Source: a virus (Duplodnaviria; Caudoviricetes). Taken from it: a DNA stretch of 64,000 bases. The position numbers and the translations under genes were made by a program. The stretch is from IMG/VR virus record IMGVR_UViG_3300016474_000093, positions 1,417 to 65,416 of that record; one strand, 5' to 3'. Below are positions 38,253-47,290 of this stretch, piece by piece. Position 1 is the first letter of the stretch, and each line of letters begins with the position of its first letter. The notes beneath the pieces are model-generated. The model worked only from the letters and a program-made list of their open reading frames with translations. It did not search any database and was not told the DNA's origin.

Positions 38253-38694
38253 AAATCGTTTATCTAGAGAAGTCGAAAACCGTGAGAAAGCTTCTCGCCC
38301 TAAACAGTGGAAACGTGCTGATGTCCTACCCGAAGTCGATCCAATGCCTGGATATGTACCCCGTTGGGTTCGCATATCTTCGCTGGGTAAGGCTGATCCC
38401 AAGAATATCTCTGCCAAACTCAGAGAAGGCTGGGAGCCGGTAAGGGTTGAAGAGCAACCGAACCTCATGTTTATGCGCGATGAGAACAGCCGGTTTAAAG
38501 ACAATATTGAGATTGACGGATTGTTGCTCTGCAAAATGCCTGAAGAGTTCGTTAAACAACGCACCGAACACTTCACCAAAGTTGCCAAAGCCAACATGGA
38601 TGCTGTAGACAACAACTTTATGAAAGAGAGCGATGCTCGGATGCCACTCTTTGCTGAGAAGCGTTCAAAAGTATCGTTTGGTAGAGGAACTTAA
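38245..38694 (+). CDS. Head-module hypothetical protein
   Basis: PMPGYVPRWVR..DPKNISAKLREGWEPV..DGLLLCKMP. Confidence 0.7.
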   Translation: MAENRLSREVENREKASRPKQWKRADVLPEVDPMPGYVPRWVRISSLGKADPKNISAKLREGWEPVRVEEQPNLMFMRDENSRFKDNIEIDGLLLCKMPEEFVKQRTEHFTKVAKANMDAVDNNFMKESDARMPLFAEKRSKVSFGRGT

Positions 38695-38711
38695 CTTAAA
38701 CGAGGTCAAAA

Positions 38712-39542
38712 ATGGCTTATCCTGTTGTAGATGCCCCTTATGGGCTAAAGCCGATCAATTTGATCGGCGGACAGGTGTTTGCGGGTTCGACTCGTGAATA
38801 TGCTATTGCAAACGGGTACAGTACCAATATTTTCTATGGCGATTGCGTAGCTCTCGTCCGTGGTAATTTGGAGCGTATTTCCGTTTCGACAGGTACCCTT
38901 GGTACTCTGGTTGGCATTTTCCTGGGCTGCTCCTACACTAATCCCACCACCAAACAGAAGACTTGGTCGCAATACTGGCCCGCCAGTACCGCTGCTGGGG
39001 ACGCTGTTGCAATTGTCTGCGATGACCCTGATACGGTCTTTAAAGCAGTCGTTTGCTCGGCTACTACCGTTGTTGCTTCGGGCGCTCGCGCCATGATCGG
39101 CCAGAACTTGGCAATGATCAACAATACCGGAAGTACGCTTACTGGTGATTCCAAGAACGCTGTACTCGCGCCTAACGACACTCCTGCGACAACCGATGCG
39201 TTGCCCTTGCGTGTGCTTGGTTTGGTGACAGAGACCGCTGTTTCTCTTGGCAGTGCTACTTATTCCAGCATTTCTACTGCTACGGTTACCTGCTCGGCAT
39301 TGCCATTTGCACTGCCCGTGGGTACCGATGTAGGTTCGTTGGATTCAAGTGGTAATTACATTCCGTCCGGTTCGTTTGTAGATACGGCTGCTTCTGCTGG
39401 TGCGACTTCGTTCGTTTTGAACCAAGCTCCGTCCACAGCTTTTGCGGCTAGTGCAACGTTGGTATTCAATCAGTTTCCCGAGATTCTCGTAAAACTGAAC
39501 CACGGTCAGCACGAGTACTACTACGCTACGGCAACTGCGTAA
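38712..39542 (+). CDS. Capsid decoration/cement-like protein
   Basis: Beta-rich, Ala/Thr-rich, immediately upstream of MCP, GAGG RBS. Confidence 0.6.
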   Translation: MAYPVVDAPYGLKPINLIGGQVFAGSTREYAIANGYSTNIFYGDCVALVRGNLERISVSTGTLGTLVGIFLGCSYTNPTTKQKTWSQYWPASTAAGDAVAIVCDDPDTVFKAVVCSATTVVASGARAMIGQNLAMINNTGSTLTGDSKNAVLAPNDTPATTDALPLRVLGLVTETAVSLGSATYSSISTATVTCSALPFALPVGTDVGSLDSSGNYIPSGSFVDTAASAGATSFVLNQAPSTAFAASATLVFNQFPEILVKLNHGQHEYYYATATA

Positions 39543-39554
39543 AGGGGAACATAA

Positions 39555-40463
39555 ATGGCTATTTCACGCGCACAACTACTGAAAGAGCTTCTCCCCGGAC
39601 TGAACGCATTGTTTGGTCTTGAGTACGCTCGCTATGGCGAAGAGCACAAGGAAATCTACGAGACCGAGACTTCCGAGCGTTCGTTTGAAGAGGAAACCAA
39701 ACTGTCTGGCTTCTCCGCCGCTCCGGTGAAGAACGAAGGCAGTGCGATGGCCTACGATAACGCGCAAGAAGCTTGGACCGCTCGTTACGTCCATGAGACT
39801 ATTGCTCTGGGATTCTCGCTGACCGAAGAGGCTATCGAGGACAACCTGTACGACAGTCTGGCTAATCGCTACACCAAAGCCCTGGCTCGCGCTATGGCAT
39901 ACACCAAGCAGACTAAAGCTGCTGCGGTCCTTAATAACGGCTTCAATACTGCCTACACGGGCGGTGACGGAGTTGCTCTGTTCTCGACAGCACATCCTTT
40001 GATCTCTGGTGGCACCAACAGCAACACGCCAGCAGTTGCGGCTGACCTTTCTGAAACATCGTTGGAAGCAGCGGTTATTCAGATTGCAGCTTGGACTGAC
40101 GAACGTGGTCTGTTGATTGCAGCTAAGCCGAAGAAGTTGATCATCCCGTCTGCATTGCAGTTCGTTGCAACTCGTATTCTGGAAACGGAACTTCGCGTTG
40201 ACACGGCAGACAACACGATCAACGCCTTGAAGAACAATGGCTCGATCCCCGAGGGTTATGCCATTAACCACTTCTTGACGGATACCGACGCTTGGTTCCT
40301 GACGACTGACGTACCCAACGGTATGAAACACTTTGTCCGTGCACCTTTGACACAAGGAATGGACGGGGACTTCGACACCGGAAACGTTCGGTATAAGAGC
40401 CGCGAGCGTTATTCGTTCGGTTGGTCTGATCCGCTTGGGATGTTCGGTTCGCCCGGAGCCTAA
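39555..40463 (+). CDS. Major capsid protein (HK97-fold, Mu gpT-like)
   Basis: 302 aa; MAISRAQLLKELLPGLNALFG...TIALGFSLTEEAIEDNLY...RERYSFGWSD; followed by a terminator. Confidence 0.9.
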   Translation: MAISRAQLLKELLPGLNALFGLEYARYGEEHKEIYETETSERSFEEETKLSGFSAAPVKNEGSAMAYDNAQEAWTARYVHETIALGFSLTEEAIEDNLYDSLANRYTKALARAMAYTKQTKAAAVLNNGFNTAYTGGDGVALFSTAHPLISGGTNSNTPAVAADLSETSLEAAVIQIAAWTDERGLLIAAKPKKLIIPSALQFVATRILETELRVDTADNTINALKNNGSIPEGYAINHFLTDTDAWFLTTDVPNGMKHFVRAPLTQGMDGDFDTGNVRYKSRERYSFGWSDPLGMFGSPGA

Positions 40464-40474
40464 ACGGTACGAAG

Positions 40475-40501
40475 AAAGGGGGTTGCAAAACCCCCTTTTT
40501 T
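40475..40501 (+). terminator. Terminator after MCP overlapping a promoter (TTGCAA-N16-TATACT, 40483-40510)
   Basis: aaaggggg-ttgcaaaa-cccccttttt. Confidence 0.75.
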
Positions 40502-40519
40502 ATTTATACTAGCTGTATT

Positions 40520-40595
40520 CCGGGGTTAGCCCGGTGTATTAGACAGTCCCGGCTGACGACATGCAGACTAATACACCGATATCGCATGTGAGGAT
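40520..40595 (+). ncRNA. Candidate cis-regulatory RNA with pseudoknot
   Basis: 11-bp stem cggtgtattag/ctaatacaccg; loop acatgc can pair with gcatgt next to the SD of the 40599 gene. Confidence 0.45.
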
Positions 40596-40598
40596 CTA

Positions 40599-40922
40599 AT
40601 GGCGAATACAACTTTTAGTGGCCCAGTCATATCTGACAATGGGTTCGTAGGTACAATTACTGGTAATGTGACTGGTAATGTGACTGGTAATGTGACCGGT
40701 ACTGTAACTGGAAACGTTGTAGCTACGGCTGGATATATTCAACTTCGTACAGCTACAACCGCACAGATTGCCGACGCAACAAACGCAGTCAATACCACAG
40801 GTAAAGTTGCTGGCACTATCGTATTTAATACCACGCTAGGCACATTAAAAATTGCTACTGGTTCTAGTGCTACTAGCACTTGGGTAAACGCTGACGGTAC
40901 TACTGCTGTTACACCTAGCTAA
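40599..40922 (+). CDS. Structural hypothetical protein with TGNV repeats
   Basis: actggtaatgtg x3 (40659-40694) plus two degenerate copies. Confidence 0.7.
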   Translation: MANTTFSGPVISDNGFVGTITGNVTGNVTGNVTGTVTGNVVATAGYIQLRTATTAQIADATNAVNTTGKVAGTIVFNTTLGTLKIATGSSATSTWVNADGTTAVTPS

Positions 40923-40935
40923 TTAGGGGCGCATC

Positions 40936-41247
40936 ATGGCATCTATGCAATATGATGTCTTTGCGACCCAACCGCTAACTTCGACTGGTGATTTTTTAAA
41001 TCAGAATGGTTTAGCGGTTCCACGCGCAAGGATCAAAACAATTTACGCAGTAAATGGTGCGTCTGCGGGGTCTGTTGTTATTCGTGATGGCAGCTCTACG
41101 GGTCCAATTCTGTTGACGGTTAATACATCCACAAGCGCAACAGCAGGCTATACCATCATCCCACTCCCTGGCGAAGGTATCCTAGCTTCTACTGGGCTGC
41201 ATGGCACTGTTACGAACACTACATCAATGGTGATCTTCTATGGCTAA
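40936..41247 (+). CDS. Small virion-associated beta protein
   Basis: GSVVIRDG...IPLPGEGIL motif. Confidence 0.65.
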   Translation: MASMQYDVFATQPLTSTGDFLNQNGLAVPRARIKTIYAVNGASAGSVVIRDGSSTGPILLTVNTSTSATAGYTIIPLPGEGILASTGLHGTVTNTTSMVIFYG

Positions 41248-41500
41248 GACCCCGGCATGGCAGCGTAAGGAAGGTAAAAACCCAAAAGGTGGTTTGAACG
41301 CCAAGGGTCGAGCTTCTTATAACGCAGCTAATCCGGGTAAGCCTGGGCTAAAACCCCCCGCTCCAAATCCAAAAACTGAGAAAGACGCTAACCGGCGTAA
41401 GTCTTTTTGTGCAAGGATGAGTGGGATGCCTGGGCCAATGAAAGATGAAAAAGGGCGACCAACGCGCAAAGCGTTGTCGTTAAAGGCGTGGAAATGCTAG
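41240..41500 (+). CDS. Small basic protein (DUF6321-like)
   Basis: AWQRKEGKNPKGGLNAKGRAS...RRKSFCARM...KAWKC. Confidence 0.7.
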   Translation: MAKTPAWQRKEGKNPKGGLNAKGRASYNAANPGKPGLKPPAPNPKTEKDANRRKSFCARMSGMPGPMKDEKGRPTRKALSLKAWKC

Positions 41501-41901
41501 TCTGTACACGCTGCAAAGAGGAAAAACCAGAAACAACTGAGTTCTTCCCCCCACACAACAAAAAGCGTAACGGTTTAGATAGCTGGTGCCGTGCATGTCG
41601 GGCTAGTTATCGTAATAGTATTTGCCGAGGTAAATTTCGTAGTGTAATTACAGACGAAGCTTTAGCGGATATAAAAGCCACAGTTACGCAGTGTGTTATT
41701 TGTGGGGGTAATGGGCCTTTGGTTGTAGACCATGACCATATAACCGGAGAAGTAAGAGGAATGCTTTGCAACCACTGTAATAGAGGGCTAGGGCATTTCC
41801 GCGATGACCCAATGTTGCTAGAGTTTGCAGCCCAGTATCTCTATGCTTCAGCAGATGCTCCTGAGTGGGATGCGTACAAAGTTAAGGCGGAGCAATGTTA
41901 A
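41488..41901 (+). CDS. Endonuclease VII-like (His-Me) free-standing endonuclease 1
   Basis: CTRC...SWCRAC N-terminal zinc motif; CVICG...VDHDHITGEVRGMLCNHCNRGLG. Confidence 0.85.
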   Translation: MEMLVCTRCKEEKPETTEFFPPHNKKRNGLDSWCRACRASYRNSICRGKFRSVITDEALADIKATVTQCVICGGNGPLVVDHDHITGEVRGMLCNHCNRGLGHFRDDPMLLEFAAQYLYASADAPEWDAYKVKAEQC

Positions 41902-42150
41902 ATGGACCCAATTATTCTTTGGAATCTAATCACTTCAATCTTAGTAGGGCTGGTTATGTTCATGCTTAAGAACTCACATGAGGAACAGCAACGCATCCAG
42001 ATCTTACTAAACAAAACGAGGGAGGAAATCGCTCGTGATCACATCACTCGTGCAGAGGTTCGTGCAGACCTTGAAAAAATTATGGAACGCTTTGATACAG
42101 GCTTTGAGCGGCTTGAAGCAAAGATTGATGCACTTGCTAAAAAAGGATGA
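41902..42150 (+). CDS. Small membrane-anchored coiled-coil protein
   Basis: N-terminal hydrophobic helix then coiled coil. Confidence 0.6.
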   Translation: MDPIILWNLITSILVGLVMFMLKNSHEEQQRIQILLNKTREEIARDHITRAEVRADLEKIMERFDTGFERLEAKIDALAKKG

Positions 42151-42416
42151 CGAAAATGGGCGGTAAAGATATTCTCAAAGCACTTTCTCCTATAGCCAAT
42201 TTGGGCGGTTTAGCCGGTTCCGGCGCTTTAGGTCTTGTACCAAGTTTACTGTACAAAGATTATAAAAGAAGTAAAGCCGAAGAAGAGGCAGAGAAAGCTA
42301 AAGGTATGCCAGCAGGCGCTGTTCCTGGTATGAAAAAAGGTGGTTCCGTAGGTTCTGCTTCTAAACGCGCTGACGGTATCGCTCAGCGAGGTAAGACCCG
42401 TGGGAAGATGTACTGA
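42147..42416 (+). CDS. Small basic Gly/Lys-rich protein
   Basis: Ends MKKGG..SKRADGIAQRGKTRGK. Confidence 0.65.
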   Translation: MTKMGGKDILKALSPIANLGGLAGSGALGLVPSLLYKDYKRSKAEEEAEKAKGMPAGAVPGMKKGGSVGSASKRADGIAQRGKTRGKMY

Positions 42417-42709
42417 TGCCTACGGTAAGTAAAAAACAAGAGAAGTTCATGCAAGCAGTAGCGAACAACCCGAAGTTCGCAAAGAAAGTTGATGTCCCTC
42501 AATCCGTTGGAAAGGAATTTACGATGAAAAAGATGAACATGGGCGGTATGGCAGCAAGCAAGATGGGCGCAGTCAAGACCGCAGCTCCTAGCCGTGATGG
42601 TGTTGCTATGAAAGGCAAGACCAAGGGTAAGCAAATTGTCATGGCCGGTAACAAAATGAAACATGGCGGTAAGGTCAAGAAAATGGCCTACGGCGGTAAG
42701 GCGTGCTGA
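42416..42709 (+). CDS. Small basic Met/Lys-rich protein
   Basis: MPTVSKKQEKFM...SRDGVAMKGKTKGK...MAYGGK. Confidence 0.7.
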   Translation: MPTVSKKQEKFMQAVANNPKFAKKVDVPQSVGKEFTMKKMNMGGMAASKMGAVKTAAPSRDGVAMKGKTKGKQIVMAGNKMKHGGKVKKMAYGGKAC

Positions 42710-42710
42710 G

Positions 42711-42989
42711 ATGATGCTTTCTCGCGGGATGGGGGCGATCCGCGCTTCCAAGATGCCCAAGCCGGTTACTAAAGCTCGGCGGGATGACACCGATTTTAAG
42801 GCGTTTTCTAAAGGTGGCGAGTCCCGTGTGAACGAAGCTGGTAACTACACCAAGCCGGGGATGCGTAAAGCATTGTTCAACAGCATAAAAGCTGGTGGCA
42901 AAGGTGGTGCGCCAGGGCAGTGGTCAGCCCGAAAAAGTCAGTTATTAGCTATGAAATATAAGGCTCGTGGTGGTGGATATCGAGATTAA
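42711..42989 (+). CDS. Small basic protein (DUF5872-like)
   Basis: VNEAGNYTKP...GQWSARKSQLLA..YK..GGGY. Confidence 0.7.
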   Translation: MMLSRGMGAIRASKMPKPVTKARRDDTDFKAFSKGGESRVNEAGNYTKPGMRKALFNSIKAGGKGGAPGQWSARKSQLLAMKYKARGGGYRD

Positions 42990-43431
42990 GCGGTGTTCGA
43001 TGTGTGGGGAAGAAAAGCCTTTAACTTCTTTTAGAAATAGAGGCGGGTCGCAAACACACTTACTAAAAAGCCGTTGTAATACTTGCTTATTCAAAGAGCA
43101 TCGTCGTTGGACAGAAAATAACCCAGAACGTGTTAGGGAGTACAGAGCTAAAGATAGTTGGACTTTGGCTAAACGGTGCGCCAGAAGAGGTATAACACCA
43201 GAAGAATTGGTTGATAGGTATGAACGTCAGGAAGAATGCTGTGCAATTTGCAAAACAGAAATTGAACTGATCGACAGCGCCATAGATCACAACCATGAAA
43301 CAGGTGAGTTCAGGGGCGTTTTGTGTAAGCAATGCAATAGAGCACTTGGGATGTTTAAAGATAGTGTATCCACGCTTAAAAACGCCGTAGAATACTTAGA
43401 AGCTTTTGGGAGTTATGGTGATGGCTCTTAA
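42967..43431 (+). CDS. Endonuclease VII-like free-standing endonuclease 2
   Basis: CSMC...SRCNTC; CCAIC...IDHNHETGEFRGVLCKQCNRALG. Confidence 0.85.
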   Translation: MVVDIEIKRCSMCGEEKPLTSFRNRGGSQTHLLKSRCNTCLFKEHRRWTENNPERVREYRAKDSWTLAKRCARRGITPEELVDRYERQEECCAICKTEIELIDSAIDHNHETGEFRGVLCKQCNRALGMFKDSVSTLKNAVEYLEAFGSYGDGS

Positions 43432-43672
43432 AGCACCTCAGCAGAGTCTAAAGAATTGGACTGATCAGAAGTGGAGGACCAAAAGTGGCAAACCTAGCAC
43501 ACAGGGTTCAAAAGCAACTGGCGAGCGGTATCTCCCAGAGGCGGCAATCAATGCTCTTACACCTGCTGAGTACGCTGCGACAACAAGAGCTAAACGCGCT
43601 GGAAAACGCTCGGGAAAGCAGTTCGTCAAACAACCAAAAGGCATTGCTGCTAAAACCGCGAGGTACAGATAA
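43421..43672 (+). CDS. Small basic protein (DUF5872-like)
   Basis: QQSLKNWTDQKWRTKSGKPS...ERYLP...GKQFVKQP. Confidence 0.7.
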   Translation: MALKAPQQSLKNWTDQKWRTKSGKPSTQGSKATGERYLPEAAINALTPAEYAATTRAKRAGKRSGKQFVKQPKGIAAKTARYR

Positions 43673-43929
43673 TGGCTAAAAAGTTTCCTGATTTGACAGG
43701 CGATGGGGATGTGACCAAAGCGGACATTCTCAAAGGTCGTGGTGTAGAAGGGTTTAAAAAGGGTAAGTGGATTCAGTCTGCCATCTCTAAACCGGGAGCA
43801 CTTCGTGAACAGCTTGGTATTAAGGGTAAAAAACCAATTCCTGCGAAGATGCTTGATAGAGCTACCAAGGCTCCGGGTAAACTTGGACAAAGAGCTAGGC
43901 TTGCTAAGACTCTTAGAGGGATGAAGTGA
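43672..43929 (+). CDS. Small basic protein with EF-hand-like loop
   Basis: DLTGDGDVTKAD followed by KWIQSAISKPGALREQLG. Confidence 0.65.
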   Translation: MAKKFPDLTGDGDVTKADILKGRGVEGFKKGKWIQSAISKPGALREQLGIKGKKPIPAKMLDRATKAPGKLGQRARLAKTLRGMK

Positions 43930-44666
43930 GTACAACTTCAGGCACATCAGTCTTTAATCTTGACCTAAACGAGATTATTGAAGAAGCGTTTGAGCGGTGC
44001 GGATTAGAGGTTCGTACTGGATATGAACATCGCACGGCTCGTCGCTCTATGAACTTGATGTTTACTGAGTGGGCTAACCGAGGTATTAACCTGTGGACGA
44101 TTGAGCAAGGTCAAATCGCCATGACCACAGGTACGATAACTTATCCACTACCTGTGGATACGGTTGATCTTGTAGAACAAGTAATTCGTACAGAGTCTGG
44201 CATCCCTCAAACAGACATTAACATTAGTCGGATTTCGGTAGATACTTACGCCACGATACCGAATAAAAATGCTCAAGGTAGACCCATTCAGGTTTGGATT
44301 AACAGACAGAGCGGTCAGATCTATCCGCTCCCTGGACCCAATGGGACTAACCAGACTACGGGTGTGTTGCCGCCTAATATCAACGTCTGGCCTGCGCCAG
44401 ACCAAGACAACTTCTACACCTTTGTGTACTGGCGACTACGCCGGATGCAGGATGCGGGAACAGGCACAAACATCCAAGACATCCCGTTCAGACTCCTTAA
44501 CTGCCTCGTTTCAGGACTTGCTTACTACATATCGTTAAAGATACCCGAAGCAGTTCAGCGTGTACCTATGCTGAAAGAAATGTATGAAGAGCAGTTAATG
44601 CTTGCGTTATCTGAAGACCGCGAGAAAGCTCCGTTACGTCTCGCACCACGACAGTTGTTCTACTGA
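43926..44666 (+). CDS. Head-tail adaptor-like protein
   Basis: EIIEEAFERCG...ARRSMNLMFTEWANRGINLWT...NIQDIPFR. Confidence 0.7.
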   Translation: MSTTSGTSVFNLDLNEIIEEAFERCGLEVRTGYEHRTARRSMNLMFTEWANRGINLWTIEQGQIAMTTGTITYPLPVDTVDLVEQVIRTESGIPQTDINISRISVDTYATIPNKNAQGRPIQVWINRQSGQIYPLPGPNGTNQTTGVLPPNINVWPAPDQDNFYTFVYWRLRRMQDAGTGTNIQDIPFRLLNCLVSGLAYYISLKIPEAVQRVPMLKEMYEEQLMLALSEDREKAPLRLAPRQLFY

Positions 44667-44667
44667 A

Positions 44668-45090
44668 ATGCCTAATCGCTTTGCATCGGGTAAGTATGCT
44701 ATATCGCAGTGCGATAGATGTGGCTTTCGGTACAAACTGAAAGAACTTCGTGAAATTGTTATCAAGACTAAGAATGTTAATATCTTAGTCTGTCCTACTT
44801 GTTGGGAACCTGATCAGCCACAATTGCAACTTGGTATGTATCCTGTAGACGACCCACAGGCTGTACGCAACCCACGACCTGATACGACATACCGTGTCGC
44901 TGGTTTAAATGGGCTACAAATCAATACCACGACGACGCAACTGGGTAGCGGAGATCCCTCTGGTGGTAGTAGAATCATTCAATGGGGATGGGCACCTGTA
45001 GGCGGGGCAAGATCCTACGACACAGGACTAACGCCGAACAATCTTGTGCTGGGCATCACGCTGGGCACTGTTACTGTAAATGTTACATAG
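44668..45090 (+). CDS. Zinc-binding hypothetical protein
   Basis: ASGKYAISQCDRCGFRY...CPTCWEPDQPQL. Confidence 0.7.
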   Translation: MPNRFASGKYAISQCDRCGFRYKLKELREIVIKTKNVNILVCPTCWEPDQPQLQLGMYPVDDPQAVRNPRPDTTYRVAGLNGLQINTTTTQLGSGDPSGGSRIIQWGWAPVGGARSYDTGLTPNNLVLGITLGTVTVNVT

Positions 45091-45096
45091 GAGCCT

Positions 45097-45306
45097 ATGA
45101 TGGACAAGAAAGACTTAGCTCAAGATAAGAAAACCGCAGCCACAGCCGTGCATAAACATGAGAAAGCTAAACACAAAGGCCAACCACTGACTAAGCTTGC
45201 TAAAGGCGGTAAAACTAACGCCCAAATGAAGGCGTTAGGGCGTAATATGGCGAAGATTGCTAATCAAAAATCGCCCTCGTTTAAATATAAAATGGGAGCA
45301 AAATGA
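45097..45306 (+). CDS. Small basic protein
   Basis: AGGAG RBS; VHKHEKAKH..LAKGGKT. Confidence 0.65.
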   Translation: MMDKKDLAQDKKTAATAVHKHEKAKHKGQPLTKLAKGGKTNAQMKALGRNMAKIANQKSPSFKYKMGAK

Positions 45307-45449
45307 TGCACAATAAAATGCCAACGCCGGTGCCTGTCAAAGATACAAATAACGGTTACCCTAATAACATACCTAACACCCAGACTGTGAAAGTCCGTGG
45401 GACTGGATGTGCTACAAAGGGTACGGGCGCTTCTAAGAAGATGGGCTAA
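45303..45449 (+). CDS. Small protein (48 aa, absent from ORF track)
   Basis: MMHNKMPTP...VKVRGTGCATKG; overlaps both neighbours. Confidence 0.55.
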   Translation: MMHNKMPTPVPVKDTNNGYPNNIPNTQTVKVRGTGCATKGTGASKKMG

Positions 45450-46177
45450 TGAACTACGCTACCCTCTTTAAGACGGTTCAAGGTTATCTAGAAAACGACT
45501 TTCCGTCGTTTGTTGGGGTGGATTCGTCTGGATCGGGTACAGCCACGTTGACTGCAAAACAGCAGATTGATACTTTTATTCAACAAGCTGAACAGCGTAT
45601 TTATAATTCTGTACAGTTTCCAAGATTTAGGAAAACGCAAGCAGGCGTAACAGGCAGTTATGCCGTGTCTCCTTCGACGGCTATGTACCTAAACTGCCCA
45701 ACTGATTTTTTGGCGTCGTACAGTTTTATTGTTATCAGCTCTACGGGTAGTTATGAGTTTCTTCTAAATAAAGATGTGGAATACATCAGGGCCGCGTACC
45801 CTAACCCAACAACAACTGGGATTCCTAAGTACTACGCTTTATTTGGACCTACAACGACCGGGGGCACGATCACTAATGACACGAGCTTTATACTTGCCCC
45901 TACTCCAGATCAAGCGTATACAGTACAACTTAATTACTATGCTTACCCCGAATCAATCGTTACAGCTAGTACATCTTGGCTTGGTAATAATTTTGATTCT
46001 GTACTCCTCTATGGTGCTTTGATCGAGGGATATACCTATATGAAGGGCGAGGCGGATGTAATTGCTCAGTATACAAAACGGTACGAAGAAGCCATCATGC
46101 TTGCTAAACGTCTTGGTGACGGTATGGACCGCAGAGATTCTTATCGTTCCGGCCAACTTAGAGTGCCGGTGAACTGA
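45449..46177 (+). CDS. Tail/neck structural protein
   Basis: MNYATL...FIQQAEQRIYN...APTPD..Y...LLYGALIEGYTYMKG. Confidence 0.7.
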   Translation: MNYATLFKTVQGYLENDFPSFVGVDSSGSGTATLTAKQQIDTFIQQAEQRIYNSVQFPRFRKTQAGVTGSYAVSPSTAMYLNCPTDFLASYSFIVISSTGSYEFLLNKDVEYIRAAYPNPTTTGIPKYYALFGPTTTGGTITNDTSFILAPTPDQAYTVQLNYYAYPESIVTASTSWLGNNFDSVLLYGALIEGYTYMKGEADVIAQYTKRYEEAIMLAKRLGDGMDRRDSYRSGQLRVPVN

Positions 46178-46608
46178 TGGCTTTTACTGGTAACTACACA
46201 TGCAACTCCTTCAAGCAGCAATTGTTTGAGGGGGATTTTGATTTTTCGGCAACAACAGCTCAGACGTTTAAGATAGCTTTATACACAAACGATGCTACGC
46301 TTGATCAGACTACTACGACTTATACGGGTACGACTGGTGAAGTTGTGGCTACGGGCTACACGGCGGGCGGGGAGCTTATCACTCCTTCACTTGCTATTGA
46401 TAGTTCCACAGGGATTGCTTATATTGACTTCTCTAATGCTTCTTGGAGTGGTGCTATCACTGCTCGGGGTGCTTTGATTTATCGGGTAACAACTGGTAAT
46501 CCAACAATTTGTGTTCTTGATTTTGGTTCAGATAAAATCTCTACAACTACTTTTGTAGTTGAGTTTCCTCCTAATACCAGCACCGGCGCATTAATAAGGT
46601 TATCTTGA
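46177..46608 (+). CDS. Tail structural protein (paralog of 46812..47288)
   Basis: CNSFKQQL...FKIALYT...EV..GYTAGG..ARGALIY. Confidence 0.7.
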   Translation: MAFTGNYTCNSFKQQLFEGDFDFSATTAQTFKIALYTNDATLDQTTTTYTGTTGEVVATGYTAGGELITPSLAIDSSTGIAYIDFSNASWSGAITARGALIYRVTTGNPTICVLDFGSDKISTTTFVVEFPPNTSTGALIRLS

Positions 46609-46802
46609 TGGCAACAGTATTTACAACTAAAGGTAATATGGATGAGGCGCTTCTTGATAAAAAAGAAGGTGTCATCGACAACGATAACGAATACACTACA
46701 TGGGTAGAGTATTGGCATGAGGGTGAGCTAGTTCATCGTTCTGCCCACGTTACTTTGAAACAAATGCCCGCATTTGCGGGTGCGGAAGTAGCAACTTTTT
46801 AA
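46605..46802 (+). CDS. Small hypothetical protein
   Basis: TTWVEYWHEGELVHRSAHV. Confidence 0.6.
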   Translation: MMATVFTTKGNMDEALLDKKEGVIDNDNEYTTWVEYWHEGELVHRSAHVTLKQMPAFAGAEVATF

Positions 46803-46811
46803 GGAAATATC

Positions 46812-47288
46812 ATGGCTAATACCCAATCTATGTGCACTTCATTTATGGGGGAGCTTTTAACAGCTACTCACAATTTTGGTACTGCTCCAACAAGAGGTGC
46901 GTCTACGGCAGATACGTTTAAAGCTGCGTTGTATTTGACGACGGCTACTGTAAACGCTTCTACCACCGCTTATTCAGCTACTAATGAAGTATCTGGAACA
47001 AACTATACAGCGGGTGGGGTGTCGATATCTGGTTGGAACGCTCCAACGGCAACCAATGCTTCTGCTACGGCAGGTACGGCGTTTACTACCCCTACAGCGT
47101 CAATTACGTACACCAGCGTTACGCTTTCTACAGCTTTTGATTGTGTTTTGATTTATAACTCAACTCAATCAAATAAAGCAGTTAGTGTTCATACGTTCGG
47201 TTCACAGACGATTACGGCTGGTACGTTTACACTGACGATGCCTACAAACAACACGACCAACGCTTTACTTAGACTTGCGACGACATAA
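46812..47288 (+). CDS. Tail structural protein (paralog of 46177..46608)
   Basis: CTSFMGEL...FKAALY...EVSGTNYTAGG..VLIYN. Confidence 0.7.
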   Translation: MANTQSMCTSFMGELLTATHNFGTAPTRGASTADTFKAALYLTTATVNASTTAYSATNEVSGTNYTAGGVSISGWNAPTATNASATAGTAFTTPTASITYTSVTLSTAFDCVLIYNSTQSNKAVSVHTFGSQTITAGTFTLTMPTNNTTNALLRLATT

Positions 47289-47290
47289 TC

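Noticed and set aside
38780-38800. tRNA T-loop-like ggttcgactc
   Set aside because: Lies inside a CDS with no cloverleaf; no tRNA gene was recognised anywhere in the window.
39576-40355. 259-aa antisense ORF inside the capsid gene
   Set aside because: Antisense shadow from codon bias; no RBS or protein-like motifs. The same applies to 10253..10804, 38085..38615 and 43465..43947.
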